A stretch of 64,000 nt of DNA from a virus, in IMG/VR virus record IMGVR_UViG_3300021432_000008, positions 1 to 64,000 of that record. One strand, 5' to 3'. The notes beneath the pieces were generated by a model. It ran no database searches. It was not told the DNA's origin and saw only the letters and a program-made list of their open reading frames with translations. Shown in pieces: positions 9,192 through 16,796 of this stretch; within the stretch, counting starts at the first letter, position 1, and the number at the start of each line of letters is the position of its first letter. The position numbers and the translations under genes are program-made.

Positions 9192-9598
9192 CTCGTTTCG
9201 CCCTCCGATGGTCGGCTGATCTCCTTCTCGCCGATGACGATGCGTTTCGGATCAGGCGGTACGTATCCGCTCGGCGATGGCCGCATACCGTGCGCCGTCA
9301 CAACATCATTGCCCATGCTGAGTGAGCCGTGATGCGCCGGCGGATCGACCGGCACCGCACGGCACACCTGGACGCCCAGCTCGTCCAGCACGCACGCCAG
9401 CACGCGACGGCGCCGCTCCAGGTCGAGCGGTTCGAGGATCTCCAGCACGCTCTGGATGGCACGCACGGTCGGGTTGGGCTTGCGGCGCGGCTTCGCTTCA
9501 GCCGGGGCAGAGACACCAGCCCCGGACTCAGCAGCCTCCTCCCGGTCACGCTGGAGGATGCCGTCGCTTGTACCTGTCAGTTCGCGTTGTTTCGCCAT
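9188..9598 (-). CDS. Hypothetical protein
   Basis: GGAGG RBS, coupling. Confidence 0.6.
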   Translation of the reverse strand: MAKQRELTGTSDGILQRDREEAAESGAGVSAPAEAKPRRKPNPTVRAIQSVLEILEPLDLERRRRVLACVLDELGVQVCRAVPVDPPAHHGSLSMGNDVVTAHGMRPSPSGYVPPDPKRIVIGEKEISRPSEGETR

Positions 9599-9608
9599 CT
9601 CGTCCTCC

Positions 9609-9914
9609 CTAGTACCCTGGTCCTTGCTCGATCGCCACCACCTTCGTCCGCTGCGTCCGCCGGTCCAGGGCACCGACCGCCGCGACCGCGAGGGCGGCGC
9701 ACCTGACCATCTGCTTTCGGAACCGCTCCTCGTCGTCCTTGCCGGCGCCGTCGTTCGCGGCCAGTCCGGCGTGCCGCGTCAGGAGAGCAATCCAGTCGTT
9801 GGGCGTGTGCGTCTCATCATGCGCTAGCGACCACTGCGCGGCCTGGTAGGCGCGCTCCATCTCGACTTCGCCGATGATGCCGGGCTCGCGTTGCGTGTCG
9901 ATCATCGTTGTCAC
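9609..9914 (-). CDS. Small all-alpha protein, MazG-like
   Basis: ERAYQAAQWSLAHD...FRKQMVRCAALAVAAVGALDR. Confidence 0.55.
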   Translation of the reverse strand: MTTMIDTQREPGIIGEVEMERAYQAAQWSLAHDETHTPNDWIALLTRHAGLAANDGAGKDDEERFRKQMVRCAALAVAAVGALDRRTQRTKVVAIEQGPGY

Positions 9915-10123
9915 TCTCCAGAAAGACCGACACCTGCCGGCGGCATGTTCGATTCACGCCAGCATCCGGCGCACTCGCACTTATCCGGCATCGGCGTGTC
10001 GTGCCACGCTTCGCAGGGGCATCCGTCCACACGGCACGCGCCACAACCGCCGATGTTGGCGTGGGTATCGCCGTGGCCGCACATGCACTTTCTGCCCTTC
10101 GCCCAGCCGTCGTTCTCGTCCAT
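9911..10123 (-). CDS. Cys-rich small protein
   Basis: CMCGH...CGACRVDGCPC. Confidence 0.55.
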   Translation of the reverse strand: MDENDGWAKGRKCMCGHGDTHANIGGCGACRVDGCPCEAWHDTPMPDKCECAGCWRESNMPPAGVGLSGE

Positions 10124-10322
10124 CTACTTCATCCTCGTTTCAACGTCCGCAAGCTGGCGAAACAGTTCCCACACCTTCTCCGTCATTTCCGGCCCCGTCG
10201 GCCCCGTGACGACAGCGCTGCCTTGCTTGGCGTATTTGCCGTCGATGGAGAGTGCGACGAGATGCAGTCCCTCCCTCTTGGCAAGCTCCACCGCACCTTC
10301 CACGTAAGAGAAATTTGGCATG
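10124..10322 (-). CDS. Hypothetical protein
   Basis: GAGGAGG RBS before MPNFSY. Confidence 0.5.
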
Positions 10323-10425
10323 CGTCCCTCCTCGCTTTCGCATTTCCCCGGAGCGACGGCCGTGTGCCGTGTGCTGTTATCCCCCTCGACACAACGCCTC
10401 GGCCGCCGCCCCGGAGAATGCCGGG

Positions 10426-10899
10426 CTACACTTCCGCCAGATCGCCGTACTGGTCGCTCATCCACGGCTCCGTCATCTTGTCGCGGTCCACCTGATTCTG
10501 CGGGTCGGGGAAGATGAGGCGCAGGACAGGTCGGCCGTTCTCCACGGCGTCAACCAGCTTGATCAGGTAGGCGTCCCGCAAGATGCCTTCCAGCACGTCG
10601 CCAGCCTTGAACTTCTCGCCCTCCTTGATCCGGTTGACCACCGCGACCATGACGGCGGCTGACTTCTCCTGAGTCAGCTTGCCGACGATCTGTATGTCCG
10701 GATGACCGAACGACGCCAGCAGGCCGTGCGTGTGGTGGTTGATGCCGGAGGGCGAATCCGGGTCATCGCCGACGTAGTGGCGAAGCCAGCCGTGCTTCGC
10801 CATCGCTTCCGCCTCCCAGGCGCGGTACGTCTCCATCCCCTCCCGGCAGATGGCACAATCGCAATCGCTGTCTTCCCGGTGATCCTGATTCTCGCTCAT
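10426..10899 (-). CDS. DUF4262-like protein
   Basis: CDCAIC...MAKHGW...HTHGLLASFGHPDI...VLRLIFPDPQN. Confidence 0.65.
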   Translation of the reverse strand: MSENQDHREDSDCDCAICREGMETYRAWEAEAMAKHGWLRHYVGDDPDSPSGINHHTHGLLASFGHPDIQIVGKLTQEKSAAVMVAVVNRIKEGEKFKAGDVLEGILRDAYLIKLVDAVENGRPVLRLIFPDPQNQVDRDKMTEPWMSDQYGDLAEV

Positions 10900-10905
10900 G
10901 ATGTG

Positions 10906-11169
10906 TTACCTCGTTACCGGGCGATAATGACTCCAGTCCCGCTGACTCGGAACGATGTTCAGCTTCCGCTTCGTGTCGAAGTCATGGTCAAGATGCCCGT
11001 CGCACCACCAGTCACCGAATCGTTCCGCCGCCTCCAGCGAGTCGTGCAAGCTGGACAGCACCAGACTGGGCTTCTTGCCGGGCGCCAGAGGCGCGACCAG
11101 CTCCACGGTGACGACCCAGCCGCCAGCACGCGGGCAGTAGGTGATGCGGAACTTGTTGGGCTCGCTCAT
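10906..11169 (-). CDS. Hypothetical protein
   Basis: Operon coupling (MSEPNKF). Confidence 0.5.
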   Translation of the reverse strand: MSEPNKFRITYCPRAGGWVVTVELVAPLAPGKKPSLVLSSLHDSLEAAERFGDWWCDGHLDHDFDTKRKLNIVPSQRDWSHYRPVTR

Positions 11170-11375
11170 TCCCGCACCCGCCTCTCTCGCCGCGCATCGC
11201 AGCCCGCGTCGTCGTAGCTGCCGTGGGCACGAGCGCGCCAGGCATGGGCGCACTGCTCGCAAACCTCATGCGAGGCGGACGATTCCTCCGATGGCTTGTG
11301 CGGGTAAAAGGTGGTCACCTGCACGACCATCGTCACGGCAACGGGAGCGTTCTGGCAGATTTCACAGTCTCGCAC
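11166..11375 (-). CDS. Small Zn-ribbon protein
   Basis: CEIC...CEQC. Confidence 0.55.
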   Translation of the reverse strand: MRDCEICQNAPVAVTMVVQVTTFYPHKPSEESSASHEVCEQCAHAWRARAHGSYDDAGCDARRERRVRE

Positions 11376-11559
11376 GTACCACCTCCGTTCGCTCCACGTC
11401 CGCCGCCGACAACAGCCGCTTGCGGACGCGCTCCATGCAATCCCGGCAGAACTCGTAGGGCACGACCGACGAGAACTCGCTCTTGCCGGGCGGGCGCACC
11501 GTGACCTGGAGAACGAGACTCGTCGTGTTGCACTCCCAGCCGCATCGCTGGCATTTCAT
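11362..11559 (-). CDS. Small Zn-ribbon protein
   Basis: CQRC...CRDC; GGAGG RBS. Confidence 0.6.
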   Translation of the reverse strand: MKCQRCGWECNTTSLVLQVTVRPPGKSEFSSVVPYEFCRDCMERVRKRLLSAADVERTEVVRARL

Positions 11560-12104
11560 CGCGTACCTCCTTCCATGTCATGACGCTGGTGCTTCGAGCC
11601 CGAAAATCGGGAGTTCGGATTCGTGGACCACGAAGTAGTGGCCTCTGTAGCCCTCGTGCTGATTGCTGCGTTTGGCGCACTCCACCAGATCGGCCAGTGA
11701 ACCAGCCGTACCAACGATGCTCACCGTGTCGGTGTCAAGCCACTTCCGCAGCAGATGCCATCGGTCCATCGCCTTACCCCCACAACGCCGCCAGCCGCTC
11801 CGCCACATGCCGCAGGTCCGGCAGCTGGGCCGCGGCCAGCCCCGTGCGATAGCTCTCCAGCTTTGCTTCCAGCCGTGCGATGACGAACCACACGGCCCAC
11901 AGAAATAGCCTCCGTACCATCTCTCCCTCCATGTCTTCACGCGGGCGGCGGGGCGGTTGTGTGACGCAGTGCTTACGAGAACGCTCACCGAAGTGCAGTC
12001 CAGTCCAGCTTCAGCGTCCCACACGATTTCTCTCCCAGCCGGGAAGAGGACCTGCTCCTTTCTGTTGTTGGTTGATGCGAAAATGCCCCGTCGCCCGCTG
12101 TGAT

Positions 12105-12386
12105 TCAGGTCTTATCGACGTTCGCCTTCCACCAGTCGTCCGCCGCGATGAGGGCGGAGAACGGATCGTCAAACTTGTTCTCAAACGTCCACGTATCCAT
12201 CGACGCTGTCGGCGCGAAGACGCCCCAGCCAATAAGATTGCCAGGCGGATGTACTCCCCACCCCCGCTCCATCATGATCGCAAGCGCCCTATCCGCTCGC
12301 TCCACCCTGGCGCGCAGGCAGATGAGGCAGTACGCCGGCGTGTGGCCGTGCTCGCAGTCGCCAAGGGTTCGTCCGCTGTCGCTCAC
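12105..12386 (-). CDS. Hypothetical protein
   Basis: GGAGG RBS before GTG (SDSGRTL). Confidence 0.5.
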   Translation of the reverse strand: MSDSGRTLGDCEHGHTPAYCLICLRARVERADRALAIMMERGWGVHPPGNLIGWGVFAPTASMDTWTFENKFDDPFSALIAADDWWKANVDKT

Positions 12387-12498
12387 GTCTGCCTCCCGTG
12401 TATACACCCTCCGGCCGCTTCCGTGCGAGCTCGGCAAGATCAACTACTACTGCTGATGGTCGCCGCCCCAACAAGAGGCTGCACGGCCGGAGGGATGC

Positions 12499-12891
12499 TC
12501 ACCCTGTCTTCTGCCGCTCGCGGTACTCCTTCTCGTATTCCCTGCGCCTCTCCATAGACTTCGGGCGGGCCCGGTATTCATGCCGGGCGGCGAGGCACCG
12601 ATTGCAGCTCTTGGCCTCGCCGAATTCAGACGCCTCCTTGGTCGCCTTGCAGCGCACGCACGTTCGCACTTGGAGAACACCGTCCGCGCGAATGCTCTCC
12701 ATGCGCTGCTCCTCGCGGCAGTACCGCGCCAGCAGCAGGCTCACGCGACGCATGAGCGCCACGTCGAACACTGTGTCGCCGGGCGGGACGGGCGCCGGCT
12801 CCGCAGCGCACCGCGGCCGGCTGAAGTGCGAGGGGCAGGGGGCGACGGTACTCGGGCGGCGGGCGTGAACTTCCTGGTCTGTGGCGTCCAT
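12499..12891 (-). CDS. Zn-finger protein immediately downstream of the CRISPR array
   Basis: CVRCKATKEASEF...CNRC; its GGAGGT SD overlaps the last repeat. Confidence 0.65.
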   Translation of the reverse strand: MDATDQEVHARRPSTVAPCPSHFSRPRCAAEPAPVPPGDTVFDVALMRRVSLLLARYCREEQRMESIRADGVLQVRTCVRCKATKEASEFGEAKSCNRCLAARHEYRARPKSMERRREYEKEYRERQKTG

Positions 12892-12899
12892 GATGACCT

Positions 12900-13372
12900 C
12901 CCGCAACGCCTTCAAAGTTCCCTGAGCCGTTGCTGGCCGACGTGTTGTGAGGACAAGTTCGATAGCTACGTCTGCCAGCAACTATCTCAAGGTTCCCTGA
13001 ATCGTTGCCGGATGAGCGACTGATAGCCCCCTGGTCTTCTTCGACGACCCGCAACGCTCTCAGGGTTCCCTCGATCGTTGCCGGGCCTATTCCGGAGATC
13101 CCAAGATGACCCGCAACTTTCTCAGGGCTCCCTTGATCGTTGCTGGCCGCCGGCGATCGTCTCGAAGGTGTGCCGAATGCTGTACCCGCAACTTTCTCAG
13201 GGCTCCCTTGATCGTTGCTGGACGATCCTTTTACCACCTGGAGATTATCGACCATGCAAGTCCCGCAACTTTCTCAGGGCTCCCTTGATCGTTGCTGGTT
13301 GTCTGGAACCCAGAACACCGCTGCCTGCATTGCCGCCCGCAACTTTCTCAGGGCTCCCTTGATCGTTGCTGG
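12900..13372 (-). CRISPR. CRISPR array: 7 x 37-bp repeats (transcribed CCAGCAACGATCAAGGGAGCCCTGAGAAAGTTGCGGG), 6 spacers of 38,36,25,38,40,37 bp (left to right)
   Basis: Repeats at 12900, 12975, 13048, 13110, 13185, 13262, 13336. The four right-hand copies are identical; the left three carry 5, 7 and 11 mismatches, so the leader is on the right. Confidence 0.95.
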
Positions 13373-13589
13373 AGTCGCGGCCATAAAGGCATTGTTCCAG
13401 CCCATTTAAGCGACGTTTCGCGAGAGGCGCCCATCGGCAAGCGATTGTGGCCTTGGTCGCGCTCAGCTTGGCGGTAGCTGGATGTTGGCAGCATTGGAGT
13501 TACGTCTCCGCGAGCGGTTCGCCGCAACCTATTTGGAACAAACGGTGTCCATCAAGTGGGTTACGGCAAGATCCGCTCTGTCCATCGAT
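13373..13589 (-). promoter_or_regulatory. CRISPR leader (possible tracr/scout RNA region)
   Basis: Non-coding gap beside the conserved array end; CGCGAG(A/C)GG direct repeat at 13419 and 13509. Confidence 0.65.
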
Positions 13590-13949
13590 TCAAGCGCCAC
13601 GCCGCTCGCGGAGTCGCTCTAGTTCAGCTGTCAGTTCCGCCTCGCGCTGGCGGAGAGCGTCGTCGCTGCTCTCGCCGTCGTCGGCGATATTACATACCTC
13701 CTTCTGGGCGCCAACGCGCTGGCCGATCTCAATGGAACGCAAGCCCGTGTTCACGCCGCGCAGCGACGTGTTCAGCTCTTTGCTCCCGTGGGCGCCGTGG
13801 AGCGCATCGAGCGAATGTCCGATAGCGAAGTTGGTAATGTCCTGCACCGTGCGGATACCGCCGGATGCGACTTCGAGCGCCTTGCTCTTGCGCGGCCCGC
13901 CAGCAGTCGCCGGGTCGCCTTGACGTGTAATCGTGCCAGTCTCAGCCAT
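13590..13949 (-). CDS. 119-aa hypothetical protein between the effector and the array
   Basis: AAAGGGG RBS; MAETGTITRQG...; C-terminal coiled coil. Confidence 0.7.
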   Translation of the reverse strand: MAETGTITRQGDPATAGGPRKSKALEVASGGIRTVQDITNFAIGHSLDALHGAHGSKELNTSLRGVNTGLRSIEIGQRVGAQKEVCNIADDGESSDDALRQREAELTAELERLRERRGA

Positions 13950-13962
13950 TCGTCGTCCCCTT

Positions 13963-15117
13963 TCATGCAGCAGTCTCCTCTTCTCCGTCCGAAGCGCACC
14001 GGCAAACGATGCCGGTCGCCTTGAGCTTGTCCTTGAGTAGAGCCTTGAGCTTGAACCACGGGAACCGCTCAATGTGACCTTGTTCGAGGTCGCTGTACAG
14101 TACCGTGCCGACGCGGTTGCGTTGGGCAAAGCCAACAAGGTGCGCCGCTGTCTCGTGGAGCCACGAGGCCATGCGGTTGTGATGCTTTCGGCAGCAGCGG
14201 CCCCGCGAGCGGTTAATGGCGCCCAGCGCATCAGGATTGAGACGCCGCTCTGCCTTGCTGTCCTGCGCCAACCGGTCGAGTCTATCCTCATGGGCGGCAA
14301 GCCAGGCGAACGCTCGCTTCATGTGGTCGTTGTTGAGAACCCATGCCTGCCGCCCATCCAACTCCGCTACCCAGAAGGCATTCGGGTCGGTGATCAGAGT
14401 TAATACGCGATCGCCCAACTTCTCACGGCAGGGCAACTCTGCCACCATCTTGACCAGCACGCGGGAATCCTCGCGAGCTTCCAGCCGCGGTCGGTGGCAA
14501 CTCGGGGAGCAATGCTGCTCGCGAATAACCAGCTGGAACATGGGCAGACTACCGTTGACCACCTGCCGGAATAGCCCCATCTGCCGGCCGAACTCGGCAC
14601 CGCCACGAAGCTGGATGCCGACTCCGCCGTCTGGAAAGGAAAACTCCTGCGATGGCAAAACGACTTCGATACACGGTCTTCCATTGCGGTCCAGTCGTGC
14701 CTGTCGCCAAGCCTGCGCGTGGATTGGCCACGGGTAGGGATAGCGGTAGGTACATGGCGCCTGCTTGCGATGCCAGATGACGTTCAGCCGTTCAGAAATG
14801 TACTTGCGCTCCACGTCGCGACAGATGGTGGAGGCACTTCTGCAAGCCCCCGTCCACCAGTTGCCCGGTTGCGTGAAGCCGAACGTCTCACTTGCGAGCC
14901 CGTACAATCCCTTGAGCCGCTTGCCGTTGATCTTCGGCATCTTCGCTAGCTTGACCATGCCGGGCAGCCGAACCACGTCGTTGCGAAGGAGTTGCTGGAC
15001 GCACCAGTTCGCAAGCATGGTCGCCTGCTTCCAGCACTCCCTGATCGTCTCCCACGCCTCGCGGGGTTCGACCACATTGACGGGCAACTCAAACGCTCTG
15101 ACTACCGTGTCGCTCAT
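13963..15117 (-). CDS. Compact TnpB/Cas12f-like type V effector, predicted nuclease-dead and C-terminally truncated (384 aa)
   Basis: Bridge helix/RuvC-II pattern HNRMASWLHETAAHLVGFAQRNRVGTVLYSDL; FPWFKLKALLKDKLKATGI; RuvC-I region VLTLITDP; no CxxC/RuvC-III; adjacent co-oriented array; GAGGAAGG RBS. Confidence 0.8.
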   Translation of the reverse strand: MSDTVVRAFELPVNVVEPREAWETIRECWKQATMLANWCVQQLLRNDVVRLPGMVKLAKMPKINGKRLKGLYGLASETFGFTQPGNWWTGACRSASTICRDVERKYISERLNVIWHRKQAPCTYRYPYPWPIHAQAWRQARLDRNGRPCIEVVLPSQEFSFPDGGVGIQLRGGAEFGRQMGLFRQVVNGSLPMFQLVIREQHCSPSCHRPRLEAREDSRVLVKMVAELPCREKLGDRVLTLITDPNAFWVAELDGRQAWVLNNDHMKRAFAWLAAHEDRLDRLAQDSKAERRLNPDALGAINRSRGRCCRKHHNRMASWLHETAAHLVGFAQRNRVGTVLYSDLEQGHIERFPWFKLKALLKDKLKATGIVCRCASDGEEETAA

Positions 15118-15151
15118 CGCTTTTACCTTCCTCTCGCAGCGACCAGTCAAA

Positions 15152-15179
15152 ATCGTACACCCGGTTTTCGGCGTGTCAA
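15152..15179 (-). promoter_or_regulatory. Promoter of the Cas12-like gene (TTGACA-16-TACGAT)
   Basis: Consensus -35 and near-consensus -10, about 35 bp upstream of the ATG. Confidence 0.75.
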
Positions 15180-15220
15180 TACCCTCCCAGCGGTGTCCGA
15201 ATTGGCACGGGCATAGCCGC

Positions 15221-15260
15221 GCACGCTGGCGCACGGTTACGCACGCTGGCGCACGGTTAC
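15221..15260. repeat. Tandem 2 x 20-bp repeat GCACGCTGGCGCACGGTTAC
   Basis: Directly visible; core CGCACGCTGGCGCAC recurs at 16248-16262. Confidence 0.9.
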
Positions 15261-15286
15261 GCAGGGAGAAAAAAAGTGCGGGCCGG

Positions 15287-15565
15287 CTACTTTTTCTTTT
15301 CCGTCGCCTCTTCCTTCGTCCGCTCGATGCCTCGGAACATGCTGTAGCGGACCAGATCAAGCCAGTGCCAAACGTGTGCGTCTCCCATGAAGGAGTGCGG
15401 CAGAAGGTCGGGATAGCGCTCCCGCTCCGCCCGGAACTCGCTGTCGGTGAGCCCGAGCCACTTCGCTGCTTCCTTCTTGTCTGACCAAATCTGGTCGGGA
15501 GCATCGATGTACCTCAGCACACGTCCGACCTCCTTCGCCGGAGTCGCGGGAGCGAGCCGACTCAT
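15287..15565 (-). CDS. AlpA/excisionase-like HTH protein
   Basis: KKEAAKWLGLTDSEFRAERERYP...VWHWLDL. Confidence 0.6.
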   Translation of the reverse strand: MSRLAPATPAKEVGRVLRYIDAPDQIWSDKKEAAKWLGLTDSEFRAERERYPDLLPHSFMGDAHVWHWLDLVRYSMFRGIERTKEEATEKKK

Positions 15566-15583
15566 GGGCTTGCTACACCGAAC

Positions 15584-15653
15584 ATCGTAACGACGGTTAA
15601 TGCTACAGTCAACACGGAAATTTCATTTTATGTAACGATGGACGCGGTATAAT
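15584..15653. promoter_or_regulatory. Divergent promoter region (genetic switch 2)
   Basis: Minus: TTGACT-17-TACGAT. Plus: TATAAT at 15648-15653. Repeated TGCTACA and GTAACGA boxes. Confidence 0.7.
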
Positions 15654-15696
15654 GATATAGCGTCGGCTACCGTTACATTAGCCTTGCGAGCGTACC

Positions 15697-15948
15697 ATGA
15701 GCATTGCTACACTGGTCAATATGGCCAAGAAGCAGAAGACTGATCCGCCCGAAAAGAAGCCTAGCGCTGTCATCCGTGTAGAGGGAGACATCGCGCACAT
15801 GCTAAACACTATCGCATCGTGGCGGAAAAAGGACGTCCCCGACATCGCGTCCCCAATTCTCCGCGCGAAGGTTGAGCAGCTATTTGCGGAAGTGCATCGC
15901 GAAATGGGCAAGACGATCGGCACTCTTCACGACGACGAGAACACCTAA
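15697..15948 (+). CDS. RHH-like regulator
   Basis: SAVIRVEGDIAHMLNTIASWRKKDVPDIASPILRAKV; same architecture as 7045..7287. Confidence 0.65.
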   Translation: MSIATLVNMAKKQKTDPPEKKPSAVIRVEGDIAHMLNTIASWRKKDVPDIASPILRAKVEQLFAEVHREMGKTIGTLHDDENT

Positions 15949-16208
15949 AACCTCAGCCCCGCCGCCCTCAGCGCCTCTTCCGCCTCGATCTGCTCCCGCC
16001 GCAGCGCGTGCGCCGACGGCACGGGCACGGCAGGCACGACCGGCGTCAGCAGTGCCTCCACGTCAACGCGGCGCACGAGCAGACGAGTCCCGGCACGGCG
16101 AAGCGCGGGCAACTTGCCCTCGGAGACGAGTCGATAGATTGTGGCGACGTGGACGGACAGCAGGCGCGCCGCCGTCTTCGGGCTGATCAAATCGTTCGGG
16201 AGAGACAT
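15945..16208 (-). CDS. Excisionase-family (HTH_17) DNA-binding protein
   Basis: LISPKTAARLLSVHVATIYRLVSEGKLPALR...VRRVDVEAL; GGAGG RBS. Confidence 0.88.
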   Translation of the reverse strand: MSLPNDLISPKTAARLLSVHVATIYRLVSEGKLPALRRAGTRLLVRRVDVEALLTPVVPAVPVPSAHALRREQIEAEEALRAAGLRF

Positions 16209-16457
16209 GACATGGGACCTCCATGTGGACCGCGAGCGCATCCCTCCCGCACGCTGGCGCACACGAGCCGGCCGGGAGAGACGAGAGTATCCTGAAAGAT
16301 GGGCACATGCAGATGGGCATGCAGAGAGTGAAACGCAGCAACCCTACGTCGCCTTCTGGGCTTGGTCAAGGACATACGGGTGTCGCTCTTTCGCTTTCGG
16401 CAACCTGCTCCGCATTCGCTCGCGGAGCGTAAAATTGTGTTCGTGGAGGAATGAAGC

Positions 16458-16754
16458 ATGACGACCTTCAAGATCGGGCAGTCCGTTGACTTCATCCGCG
16501 AAGTGTGGGAAGAGGAATGGGTCTATGGTCGTAAGGAGTCTTGCCACGTCGGCTACGACCTGGCCGATGGTCGTGTGGTGAATGCCGACGATGAGACGGT
16601 CGTGATCGCGCCTGACGATCGCAAGCGACTGGTCTTTGTTTCGCCATCGCTCGTCTTCGCCAAGGACGCCGATGGGCGCATGGCAGACGAGGCAAGGACG
16701 AAACTCAAGGCGATTGAGCTAGAGAATTTCCCCGACCACACCTGGAAGTTCTGA
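16458..16754 (+). CDS. Hypothetical protein (SH3-like)
   Basis: GGAGG RBS; FKIGQSV. Confidence 0.65.
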   Translation: MTTFKIGQSVDFIREVWEEEWVYGRKESCHVGYDLADGRVVNADDETVVIAPDDRKRLVFVSPSLVFAKDADGRMADEARTKLKAIELENFPDHTWKF

Positions 16755-16796
16755 GCGGTGGCGAGCGACAAATTCCGCAAGCGTGGAGGATGACGA

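Noticed and set aside
13222-13261. Spacer self-targeting the promoter at 6907-6920 (shared AGGTGGTA.AA)
   Set aside because: Only about 10 of 11 nt match, in the distal part of the spacer; compatible with chance. An exhaustive self-match search was not possible by eye
12626-13477. ORFs crossing the array with repeated peptides (PQLSQGSLDRCW etc.)
   Set aside because: Translation artefacts of the CRISPR repeats
13963-15117. Ordinary IS200/IS605 TnpB insertion
   Set aside because: No tnpA or IS-end hairpins seen, catalytic residues missing, and a CRISPR array is adjacent
13963-15504. 513-aa version of the effector ORF from the track
   Set aside because: The extension overlaps the HTH gene, tandem repeats and the promoter; the ATG at 15117 has an RBS and a promoter
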